Position numbers and translations under genes: made by a program. From Eimeria praecox (lineage: Eukaryota): a stretch of DNA of 64,000 bases. Under the pieces are notes generated by a model that was given only the letters and a program-made list of their open reading frames with translations, was not told the origin of the DNA and did no database searches. This document shows, piece by piece, positions 1 through 11,586 of this stretch (position 1 is the stretch's first letter; the number at the start of each line of letters is the position of its first letter). Location of the stretch: positions 2,790,001-2,854,000 of the forward strand of contig OY986947.1 of assembly GCA_963920595.1 (NCBI GenBank), in the 5' to 3' direction.

Positions 1-1189
1 CGCCCTAACTGCAAGACACATGAAAGCCATCATGTTCCTTTCGCCTAAAATGCCATCTACACAGTGCGAACCTGCTTCCTCAGTACAAATTGAACCCACT
101 GGAAAAAAACGCCTAAACTCTAGTCCCCCTCTCCTGCCCAAACTCCTGGCCCGCAAGCAGCTTCAGAATACAAACATCCGAAAAGATTCCGGTCCTGCCA
201 GCGAGACTCCTATGGCCAGATCCTCTGATTAAGGGAAATCAAAAGCTTTGCAACCCCCACTCGTGACACTGCCTTTCACTGAAATCATACCCCAAGGCGC
301 ATTCTTAGAAGAAATAGCCGGTTGCTCATCGAGCGTGCTAGATGCAAATCGCGCGCACTGCTGTTTTCGGCCACGCGTTTAGACGCGAGCGTCACCGCTA
401 TCCACTGTGCAACGCACTTTCTGGAGAAGCAGGCCGCCCCCAAGCAAATGTGATCTCCCTCCGACGCGTGCGCAAACGATACTCTCAACGTATTCTCCAC
501 TCAGGGTACGTATCACATGCCAAGGTGAGCTGGGCATCCAAACGTACAGCTTATTAATTGGCCTGGTTTTTGTTGCTATTTTGCAAAAGTTATCTACTAC
601 TGCGCAAGCGCAAACTCAGATAGTATTCGTCAGAGCACACAGGCATTCCGTGCCTTGCAGAACCACTGTCGTAAGACAGACTCTATCCTCTCCCACGCCG
701 CGCGGAGTGCTGCCCACCTAACAGCGGAACTCGTCCCACCAGCATGATTCAATCGTGTAGTGCAAGCACCTCAACCCGCCTGCAGGGCATGCAACGTCCG
801 TGAGTATCTGTAGCCTACATTTTAGCCGAGCACGAGTAAGCATTTCCTCACAAAATAACCCGATGCCATCCATTGCAGTAGGTGCAAACACCCTACACCT
901 TCGCTGGACGAAACAGATTTGGAAGCAATCGTGCCAGTGTTTTCCCCTGTAACGGACTCTCTGCAGACGTCGTGAGCATCCTCAATGAACCTGAGCTGCG
1001 TGCCATGCTACAAATGCACAGAACCACCGATCCCAATTTTGTCAACTCTCCCGACCAACACGGGAGGTATATGCTGGCCACTCAGAGCACTCTGGAGATG
1101 CGCTCGCCTTCCCTGAACCAACGCTTGCCGCATCATCTCACCAGGCTGCGCGAGGCGGTGCACAGATGCAGCTCCATTCCTGCCACTGA

Positions 1190-4100
1190 GGAAGGCTGTC
1201 GCAGTTGTTTTAGGCGAACGGGGATTCCATCTCGATCCAGGTGCCCAACGCCTGCTGCAATATCCTTGGGGTGTTCAAATGAGACGCACAAACTATTCAC
1301 ATAGAAACTTTGGGAAGCAGGCAGGGCAATAACGGGACACTTCGGTGCACTGCAGTATTGTGCCGCAAGCCGTGCGGAGACCACAACCCAAATAACGGTC
1401 CATGTAAGCATCAAGAGTAGACCGCTTCACGGTTGTCTATTCATTCATGCTATTACCTTGAGTTTGTCCGCTTCGAGAGAAGAATCCACCTTAGTCTTGT
1501 TTTCGGTCACACAATTCCGGGGATTGATCTACTCCAGCCAGAGGCAAGGTGCGATAGCAAATTTCGTTAGACGCAGGAGTGAGGAGTGAACAAACGTCGG
1601 AATAAAAGCATGGCTGCACAGGTTCCTCCAGCAAGGAATATTGGGGAACGACCGAGATGCTGCTTGATGCCGTGCACTGCAGGTAACAGGACAGTAACTG
1701 GCCACTGCTAGTGAAAGGAGCCAAAAAGCAAGGTATGCGGTATCAACAGGGTTGCTGAGCCACCCGCAGAAATAGACAAGCATTTAGACCGAAGTGCAGG
1801 CTATCCGAGTACCCAATGCCGTCATCGAACTACGATTCCTTTGTGGAGTGACACTGCCGCAGCCTTTAAGCATCCTCACCTTTTGTTTCAATCATGCAAG
1901 AGGAAACATTCTGAGACAAAGCAGCCTGCCTACCATCGGTAGCAGACCGTGCAATATATGCATACCGCTGCTCGCAGCACCTAACTACGAGACAAGGTCT
2001 TCTGCGTTTGATCGTGTAAACTCACTTTCTGCAAACGCAGCCGACACATTAAAAAGCTTGGATTGTACGTAGCAGCGCTCATCAGGTGCCCATACAAACA
2101 GATCACCAGCGAGTATTTTGGTGCAGGCTTAACCAGTGGAGTACTCAATGCTTGCGTAAGCATGTCATGGCAGTTTTCCACTGGCGCGTACCCTGCAGTG
2201 AAGTTAAGCAACCTAAGTTGTCAGGCAATCTGCTCCCCACCCCGTAGTCCCCCGGTCGCATGTTCATTGGAAATTACCTTCCAAGAAGGAGTCACCTTTG
2301 CTTCCAGGCTCATCATCCAGCTGCCCAATACCCGCGTGCAAACACACTTCATATGAAACAGCAGTATATCCGCCATTCATGCAAACGCGTTCTAGTTCTG
2401 AGCACAACGTGTCTAGTGCCACCACTCTAATAGCAACTTTGCAGTGGCGCAAGCCCAAGCACAATGCACTTCGGTGCATTGTCGGCTCTCTGTATTCCTG
2501 TTCCTGCCTTTTGTAGCTAGCACGTTGTGCTGCAGCCAAGGCAGTACCAAAACGCACGGAGAGAGGCCAAACTATACGCTGATTCTCTGCGCGCTTCAAA
2601 ATTTCAAAAGAGTAGCTGTTCGAACAGACCATGCAACGCACCCAGGCTGCAGGCACGTTGCACATAGTACCTGACACACACCAATCCCGTCCCGCACATA
2701 TACCATCATTTCCTTTCGCCTTCATGTAATACAGTATCACAGGCACGCGTAGTACAAACACACAGCCCTAATTACCCCAACAAGTGGAACAACTTGCACA
2801 AAACGGCACTTTCGCACGTGCATATGCCTGCACACGTTGCGCCTCCAAACAAAGACCCGTGAACCATCAATCTTCTACCCCCCAGCCCCCCCTGGAACAC
2901 GCTGCGTGCAGCTACACCGTGACTGCACACTACAAGGCCGTGCACACCAGCAAAACCACCAGAACCCCAAGTTTCAGCTGGCAGCCGAGGTGGTCCTTGG
3001 CCTGGAGCAAAGGATTCGCTTTTCATGCGCATTTCTCCGGAAGCGAAAACCGCTCTACTCCAAAATAATATGGTTGTTTCTTGTGGTGTACATGATGCAG
3101 CCGTTTTGCGGCATTTGCGAGCCTCTTCACTGCTCATTTCAACTTAACAAGAAGACGCAATCTTGGAGAACACGGCCTGCTTACCATCGCCTATACTAAG
3201 TGCAAATCTTGCACGCCGCCGTTGCCCACAACTCATTTGAACGCCGCCAAGTTTGCTATCAACGGTTCAACGGACCTTGCGCATAAGCAGGGGGATTTCC
3301 TAAACTAAAGGGGCCTGCTGTCATTCCTTCCTGCTTATCAACGATGCCTGTTCACCACAATGTGCCTTTTGGGTGGGCACGAACACCCAAGGCAGTTCTC
3401 CTGCATCCTGCCACTGGTGCCCGTTGACCGTGAGGACATCTGCGAACTAGACTTCGCACGCGTAGCGTTGCATTTTGCCGAGCCATCACTGCATGCCCCA
3501 CAACCGTAAAGATGCTTCAGTAATAAGGAGGCACACCAGCTGCAAGCACTGTGCAAAAAACAATTGCAGGCCGTCCTGATGCTTTCTGATCCTACCTCCA
3601 CCAAGCATGTGCCCAACACCTGCATCAAGACACAATTACCAGAACGCCAAACGCACCAGCTATTCATTGGACGCATTGCAGGCTAATGCACAGCCTCTAG
3701 CTGCGATACACTTTAACAATGCCGCTGTACACACAGTCTAAACCCTATGTGGTTTGCAGCAAGCGCTGGATCTGCCGCTAGCCTGATGGACTCTTGCAAC
3801 CAATACCGTGCGGTTCAGCCAGTGCAATGCCAAAATGCACAGAGACTTAGCACTACAGGCATTCTCAGCTGTCGCTATAATTCCTACCCAAGCAAATGCT
3901 TGTTCTAAATGACTGCATACAAATATCCCAGGCTGTAAATACATCTTCGTCATTAGTGCTTGCAATATGCCACCGAAGCTGGTGGGCGCTCACCGCTTCT
4001 CCGGCCGTCCATAAAAACCTGGCAAAACCCATTCACCTCCCCATTAGTAAGGCCCAGTGCTAAACTCCGTAAAACCCAGTGCTAAATTACAAAGCACGTA

Positions 4101-7100
4101 GAACCTATATTTCTGCAAATAGACCTCGCTACACTCGCAATCCTACATTTGCGCCACTGCCAAGAAGGATCTCCCAGCCTTTGGACTGTTTCGTCGTCCC
4201 GTGTTGCAAGCAGCTTGGACGTGCGTCCTCGAAGAAAAAAGGTTCACCTACCGAAAGAAGCAGCCAAAAACTCAAGATCTTGCTCCCAACCTGCCTGCAC
4301 TACTAGATAGGTATCCTAAATGCCTTCGGCTGACAGCAAAACCCACCTGACCACTGAATACTAGATTCGAATGGTGCGGCCAAAGCTACCGTTTTGCAGG
4401 ATCCACTGGCCCCCTCAGCGCACATTCGGCTAAACCAAAGTGACCAGTTTTAAGTAGAAGCACCGTGCTCCTTGATGGCTCTAGCATATGCAAAACGCAA
4501 CACCGTTTTGGGGAACAACTTATTTGAAAATCAGCATGCTTCTCTCCGGTGTTGTAACGCACTGGCTGAAGACGCAATAGGCCATTATCAATAATGCACC
4601 CTTTTGCAGAAATACTAAGAGCCGATGATTGCTGCCTGCGCACCGGGATGCACCGAACGCTTGAGTGCTGACGCATCCGGGTAATGCCAGGAAAAAGCCA
4701 GTCCTGCAGAGGCAAAAAGCTGCACTAGCAGACTAAAACCATTTTAGTAGGCCGCCACTACACAATGTGCGCCCCATTGGCATATTGTAGGTACCCACCA
4801 TCGGCATGCACTACGGGCCAAGCAACGCAGCGCTGGGGATTCACACAAGCCCATTGTAGCCTTTAGCAGTAGGGGCTGAAGCAAGCACCACTATAGTGCT
4901 GCCGCACAAGCGCGATGCTCTTGGCAGTACATCTATCATCGCATACCGCTTTAAACGTCTTCAGTAGCCAGTGCATTGTGTTGTTTCCCGAGCACCCTTG
5001 GCAACAATTTTTATGGCGTGAGCTTCAGAGGGTTTGGGGGCGCTTGCGAGCTGCCGGCTACCGCTATATAGATCCTGCAAAGGGCGCCCAATGCGCGCGA
5101 TCATCTCAAAAGCCGCAAGCTGAAATCCCATTGCGTGGATCCTGCGTGGCACGTTTTTTGCTCCGCTTTTACTCCTACTAGATGTGGCAGGGTTCCCCAG
5201 CATCGGCGTGCGACGGTAAAAAACATACTTACTCTGCTTATCCTATAACGGCAAACCTCCTTTTGCAAGCAATGCACTGCTCGTTAGTTAAGCGTGGCTG
5301 CTCACTAGGAGACGGGCCATCAATGTGCTTTCCCAGCGGGGCTGCTGACCTGCGAGCAGTAGAAGAAATCTATGTGACCCTCAGCCCGTCACAAAGGGTA
5401 GCCCTTTTGCTACGGTAGTTATTTTTTTCACGTAAGAACAATGCAGACCTCTTAAACGGCTTCACTGCTGTTTCTAAAGAAGCATGAAGAGATACCCTGG
5501 CAAAATCCAGTTTGCGTGTCATGTTTTATAGTGCGCGAGTATCCGTTCTGTATTGCTGAGGGTGGACCCTACATATTGTAGAAACAGAGCCTTCTCAGCT
5601 AGCCTGGTTTATTCGTCATTAATCTTCAATATACTGTGCTTCTTCCTGCAACACGCTGCTGACAGATTCAAAAGAGTACCCTTTACAAAGTTGCATGCAT
5701 GAGCACGAAGCACCAACAGCGTGTCAGGAATTCTATTTTCGTGACGGGAAGTCAGTACTACTGAGGTTAGGCTGCTTCTGCGGAGCATGCCATGCAACCT
5801 ATCTGCACAATACACGGCCCTCATGGCCTATTTCAACTAAACAAGGGTACCCATCCTCAGTGTAAACGCTTTCCTCGTCATCAACTCCACCAGGAGCGCA
5901 CCATGCAGGTCTTCGTCGAGTGCAACATCAAGCCGGCCGGGGTCGCATTTTCTGCAGGCGTATCAAGCTGCACCAGCTAGAAAAGCCTGTTTCCTATATG
6001 AAGCGATTCCTTTGTCACACATCGAAGCGTGTTCATCTCAAACGGATTAAGCGCCTTACTATTACCGCATACCATGCCAAACTTGGTGGTTCCTTGAGGC
6101 CCATGCATGCGCAGTGCAAAATACCTTGCAGGGAGTCATGCTGGATTCGTCTCCCTCCTGCATCATTCAGGTGCGCAACACGTTACCGAATAACACGCTA
6201 AATCAAGCACGAAACGCACCAACTATCCTCGTAAGGCACTGTTGGCCAATATGCACCATCGGGCGTCAAAATGCATGCGGAGGCTTGCGTTCAGCAACTA
6301 AACGCCGCCATTCCACAGAGAATCCGCCACCAAAAAAACTCCAAGTGCACAAGCCCCTTCGGCCTGTAAGGCGCTGCATGCCGCATGCAGCCCGAGCGTC
6401 CGGGACCATTTTCATGCCTGGCGCGTACGCGGCTTAGAAATGACTGCGGGGCCAGCTTCGCTATCCCCCCACCATTGCATCTCCTAGAAAAGCGCAAATC
6501 AGGGCGCTTGCAGGGCGTCATTCCTTACGCTGCACCCCGCCTGCAACGTCCACGTGCAGAGTCATTCAGCGGAAGTGCATTTTATCTCCAATTTGAAACG
6601 CACAAACTAGTTGCATTAAGCACTTCCAGTGCTCGCCTACCGTGCTAGCATCGGAATCCTGAAATATGGACCTCTGCATCGTGAAAAGCGAGCGCCAAGT
6701 TGTTCGCAACCCGCAGCACCCCCTTGTGCCCCTCTAAATTGTTTTTTTGAGTAGTATCTGGTCCTCCAGCCATCCAGGTGCTAGCAAGCGGAACCAACAT
6801 CCACCGTACGCTTCTGCAGTACTGGCTCGAGCACCGTACATCAACGATACGTGTGTACCAATGGCAGCTTTAGCAACTTGCAAATGCGCAAAATCGATCT
6901 GTACCGGTCTCCGTGCCCTCCACACTCCTGAATGACGGGGCAGGTGTCCAGAATAACAATATGCAATAGCAAATACTGCAGCAAGTAGCACAGAGAGCTC
7001 AACCAGGAACTGCCGCCACCCGCCCATGCGTATGCGCTTCCCACCACCACCGAGAAGGCTGTAATCGATCGAGTTCCATCCCTATACAAACGGTTGCACG

Positions 7101-7800
7101 CATTTTAGACGTGGCTGCCAGACAGGAGATTGCGGCCTGCAGCACAAAGTGTGGGTAAGTGAGCTTTTCTTTACCAATCCAATTGATAGCATGCCATCAA
7201 TAGCACGGATGCATACTTGATGCACTCCGGTAAAAGTGAAGGTTGTCTCAGCATTGCGGTTATTTCATATAGTGCACCTAGGGCAGCTCTTCTGCAAACT
7301 TCCTGCGCCCTTCTCGTATATTGCAGCTTAGTAAAAGCACGCATCACGAGAGGCAGCACGTCCCCTTTTCACCGACAGTAGTAGGTACTACCCATGGCCA
7401 CCTTTGCTGCAAAAAAATTGAAAGCCTACTTATAAAGGAAACGTGCACGCTCCACTGAACGCTATGCCCCCCTGAGCTACTGTGGGCTGCCTTGCAACAA
7501 AATTTAGAACAAACCCGCGGCAGCGCATCATCCTTGCAGCTCTTTCCACTTTGGAGGCAAACTGCCAGTGGCTGCATGCAGTCTTGCTCACACTCATGTA
7601 GCCAGCCCATTAACTACAAAACCATGTACGTTGTCTCAATTGTTGACTGTAAACCCCGCATGGGGATTTCGCAAAGTATTTCAGCAAGTTGTCATTGCTG
7701 AGCCACTGCTCCGCATCCATCGTTTAGGTGTCCAAAACCTGCATCAGTACAGATTTCACGTTAGGCATGACGCGTACGGACTATTAGGACAGAGCATACG
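1190..7800. repeat. Several dispersed, old copies of a second repeat family (core ggtgcccaacacctgca ... aaacgcacaaacta); the interval is not continuously repetitive
   Basis: Core variants at 1,240-1,255, 3,608-3,624, 6,170-6,185, ~6,550-6,610 and 7,727-7,743. Also at 29,770, in copy B, and at ~58,255, ~58,360, ~58,980 and 59,440. Upstream part shared between 290-440, 3,150-3,295 and 29,040-29,195. Confidence 0.65.
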
Positions 7801-10800
7801 CTAGTAGGTGTGCGCAGACTGCAGCTCGAATACGCTTGGAGTAGTGCTTCTGCGACGATACCATGTACACAGCAATGTTGGCATCATGTCTAGCTCCATG
7901 CATGCGACTCCAGAATGCTAGGAAAACCGGCATAACGCGCCTCCCAGAGATCTCTAAAGCAATATAGCGAATATATGTTAGTTCCGTTTGCTTGCGCACG
8001 CATCATCCATTCTGTAGCTCCACCCCAAAGCCCGTCGGCACGCCAACGCTCTTGCGAACACGCTTCCAGTCGTTGCTCATTCAGAACTGTCAGGCACGGC
8101 ATGGCCCTTCGGTACTGATGCGGGAGGGCCGCAGCGGTAGTGCATGATCCCGCATTTAGCACATTCGGCCACCAACTAAGAACCCAAACCCCTTTAGGCG
8201 CTTCTGACCTGCCCAGTCGTTGAGCCGTTTCAGCCATCAGCATCACACGCTGAACAGCCAGCCCTCCCTTCTGTAATGTTACCTTTCCATCACAGCTGGA
8301 TAAGCCTTTGACAGCCACCAATCGGAAGGCATAATTCTGCGTATTTCCTTGAGCTCAACCAACCCAAGCCTTGCGCGAAGCTCAGAAAAACCCTGATGAT
8401 TCATAAAAAGCCAAGAATGTAACTCTGCACCATTGCGGTGGGCAACACAATTGGACACAAGTGTGCTTATGGCTGAGCATCGAACCCACTCTCTGCACAA
8501 GCCTTACGTCTCTTCAGCTACAACGGGCTGCCTGCAAGACTACCTATATCAATTGCTGTACAAGCCACTAACGAAGCCTGTTCATTCTTGTGGCACCTGT
8601 GGCTTCCCAACCCTGTCGCGCAGATGTATTCATATCCCGTCGTTTACACATGCCATAAACAACACGGTTAGCTATCTTCAAACTGAAGCGGCATATCGGG
8701 CGCATGCCGCGTTCATACTGCGCTCGCAGGATATCACACCAGCATCATACAGGTGCCCCCATGTAACGGCGCATTCCACGTCAAACACCCAACTTACCGA
8801 CTATGCACGAAACACGCCCCCTTGTGCTCCTGTGTAGTCTCAAACAATTTCAAATTTTTGAAAGATGTAGGCCTGCACAGACAGGCGGGCACAGGGTCAC
8901 AGACAGGCCGGCTAGAACCCTGTACTCCTCAGAACGCCTGGAAAGCCTATTTGTTGCGTCGCATCCAGTACAAGGCCCACACCATATGCCACGCATCTTC
9001 TTTCTGCTACCTAATGCTACACACTCAACACTTCTGCCCCCATCAAGATGATCACAAAGCATTCATGCTGTACGCGCCTCACTTATATTACCGGCAGCAC
9101 GCGAGTGCGATTAATACTGCTTTTCTTTCCACCCGTATACTTCTCACAAACGCGACCACCCCGTACCGATGGGCAACGGTAAATGCCACGACACACAGAA
9201 GTAAGCTGCCTACCAACGTACCTCCCCACATACAAATGTGTTCTCATTTGGGGACCAACCAGGCAGCTGCAAGCGGCCGCCCTCATTTCCTCATACAAGG
9301 AGTTGCCTGAAACTTACAGGTTAATGCGCATAACGAAACCGCAGCCATCAACACAGCACATCCATGACTCAATTCATCCCCTCCCAACCAAAATGCCAAC
9401 CTACCATCAATAGTGAATACGCTTCTGAATCCGTTCGAGCCTGGCTGGGATATCCGCTTAGCTTCACCTCCCCTTCGTGTCTGCTTCGTCACCGAAGCAG
9501 CCATCCCGCAAAGCCGATAACGACTCACGACTCTCACGGCGCTTCCCACCTGAGCAAGATAAATCCTGAAGCCAGACATACTGTTTGTCATTGGTTCCGC
9601 TAGGTGCAAGCTGGATACCTATGATTTCAAACCAAAACAACATATCGGCGTTCAGCGTCCCTCAGAACACTGTCCTTAGACACATTGTACTTGCCAAGCG
9701 TTCACGGACTGCCAGCCATCTTCCTGGCAAGCGAACCAAACCCAATATTTCTACAGCCCATCTGCGATGCATGACTAGGAGCATTTGTGAACTGAAGAGT
9801 TTAGAAGTGAATTCGCTTTGCTTAACACTCTAACAACCCACCTCCTGCGAAAGCGCCGTGGTGCCCACAGTTTTATAGAGAAGGGTCAGCTGCACGCAGG
9901 TTGAAATTATTCCAGCGTTTCGCCCCTATGAGTGTTGCATCTACGCTCTATCTCCTGGCGGCCAGCATGCGAGCGACACCGCTATCCGCATTCAACAACA
10001 AGCATACGCACCACCTATCCAAGCAGCCACGATTCAGCGCTAATGGGCACCGCCTGCAACACAGATTCTTGAAAGAGCGCCTGAAAAGAGAGCATATAGG
10101 CACAATCTCTGTGCCAGCACATGCGGTAGCGTAGTTTCTAACGAGTCAGTATCTTGCGTTGCTTGTGTCGCAACTAGCATACCACCGGCGCCGGCACGCA
10201 CCTTATCCTACAAGCCTCCTAGGTGCTTCCTGAAACTACACACCACAGACCTTTGCGCTCAGACAAGCTGCGCAGGAAGCATTCATGCTTGTGCCCCTCC
10301 ACAATTATCAACAATGCGCACATGCCACAGGTCCCTGGCTATTGCTCTGTTTACCACCCATATCGTCTGCAGAGGCGCTATGCCTACACAGTAGTAATCC
10401 CCACCGCGAAATCCCACGATGTGCAGAAATCAGCCCCAACATCAGATGCTGCCAGGTTCAAAATTGCTACCCCTTTAGACACCAACCAAACAGGTGCAAG
10501 TCATCTAGCTCTCCTTTTATTTTAGAAGTTGCAGAGATCTCATACGCTGGTGCATATTGCGAAATTGCAGCCATCTACACATGAGCCGGCAAAGCCGACC
10601 CAGCATATCCGGCTCTGAAGAAGATAACACGCCCATGAAACGAGATCAAAGACAGTGCGCTCCACCACCAAACACTCAGACACAATGCTATCCCCAGCTT
10701 GCCTCGTCCTGTCAACGCCTAAGACTTCCGCCTGAGTGAGTAGCTTGTGTACGTTGTGTTGCAGCCAGCAAATTACCAGCATCCACATGAGCGCTGCACT

Positions 10801-11586
10801 ATACGCCTAAGCCGTACTCAATCAAACTACACTCCCAACCGCTCTGCACTCAAGTGCGCTGCACCCAAAGGGCCCATGGTGTACTTGCCTGTACAAAATC
10901 ACCAGCAACACGCATATGCCACAGGCCCACTAGTATTGTCTTTCTTTCCATCTGTACACCTCTCACTGATGCGACGGGCCTAGGCAGTAGCAATGGACAG
11001 CAGCAAATGTTAGGGCACTCAGTAACCAGCGGTCCATCAGCAGAGCTCGCAATGGGCATCGCTAGACACTCTAATCCGCCAGCCAAACAGCTGCAAGCCA
11101 TCGAGTTGATTTCTCTTGCTGGGACTTGCAGGCGTCTTAAACGAGGCTGCAGATTGTGGCATTGCAGCCTTCAACACAGCACACCCACAATGAGGCACGT
11201 CCGCTCCCAACCAAAATGACTACAGCAAACCGCCTATGTTCGCCTTCCTTTCCTGTCTAGTCACACCGAAACATCCGCCCCGCCGGGCTGGCAATGCCTC
11301 CCGCGGCGCTTCTCACCTGAGGAAGATAAATAGTGAAGCCAAGCATCCTGCTTGCCGTTGACTGCGGTAGGTGCAGACCGACCACCAATCCGTTCACGAA
11401 AACACATAGGATATTTTCAGCACACTGCCGTTACACGCATTCGGCGGGGTGAGCCCCAGCAAGCTGTCCGCGAATTGTCCAAGAGCTGTACGAGCGCAGT
11501 CTGGCACGCGACCCCACCCCAACGTCCGCTCAGCCCATCTGCGATGCATGGTCAGAGTCATCTGCGGAGCGGCTATGCCTGGACTA

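Noticed and set aside
796..897. Precise intron loss in the 29 kb paralogue (retrocopy)
   Set aside because: The missing block does not have exact GT-AG ends on either strand; it looks like an ordinary indel.
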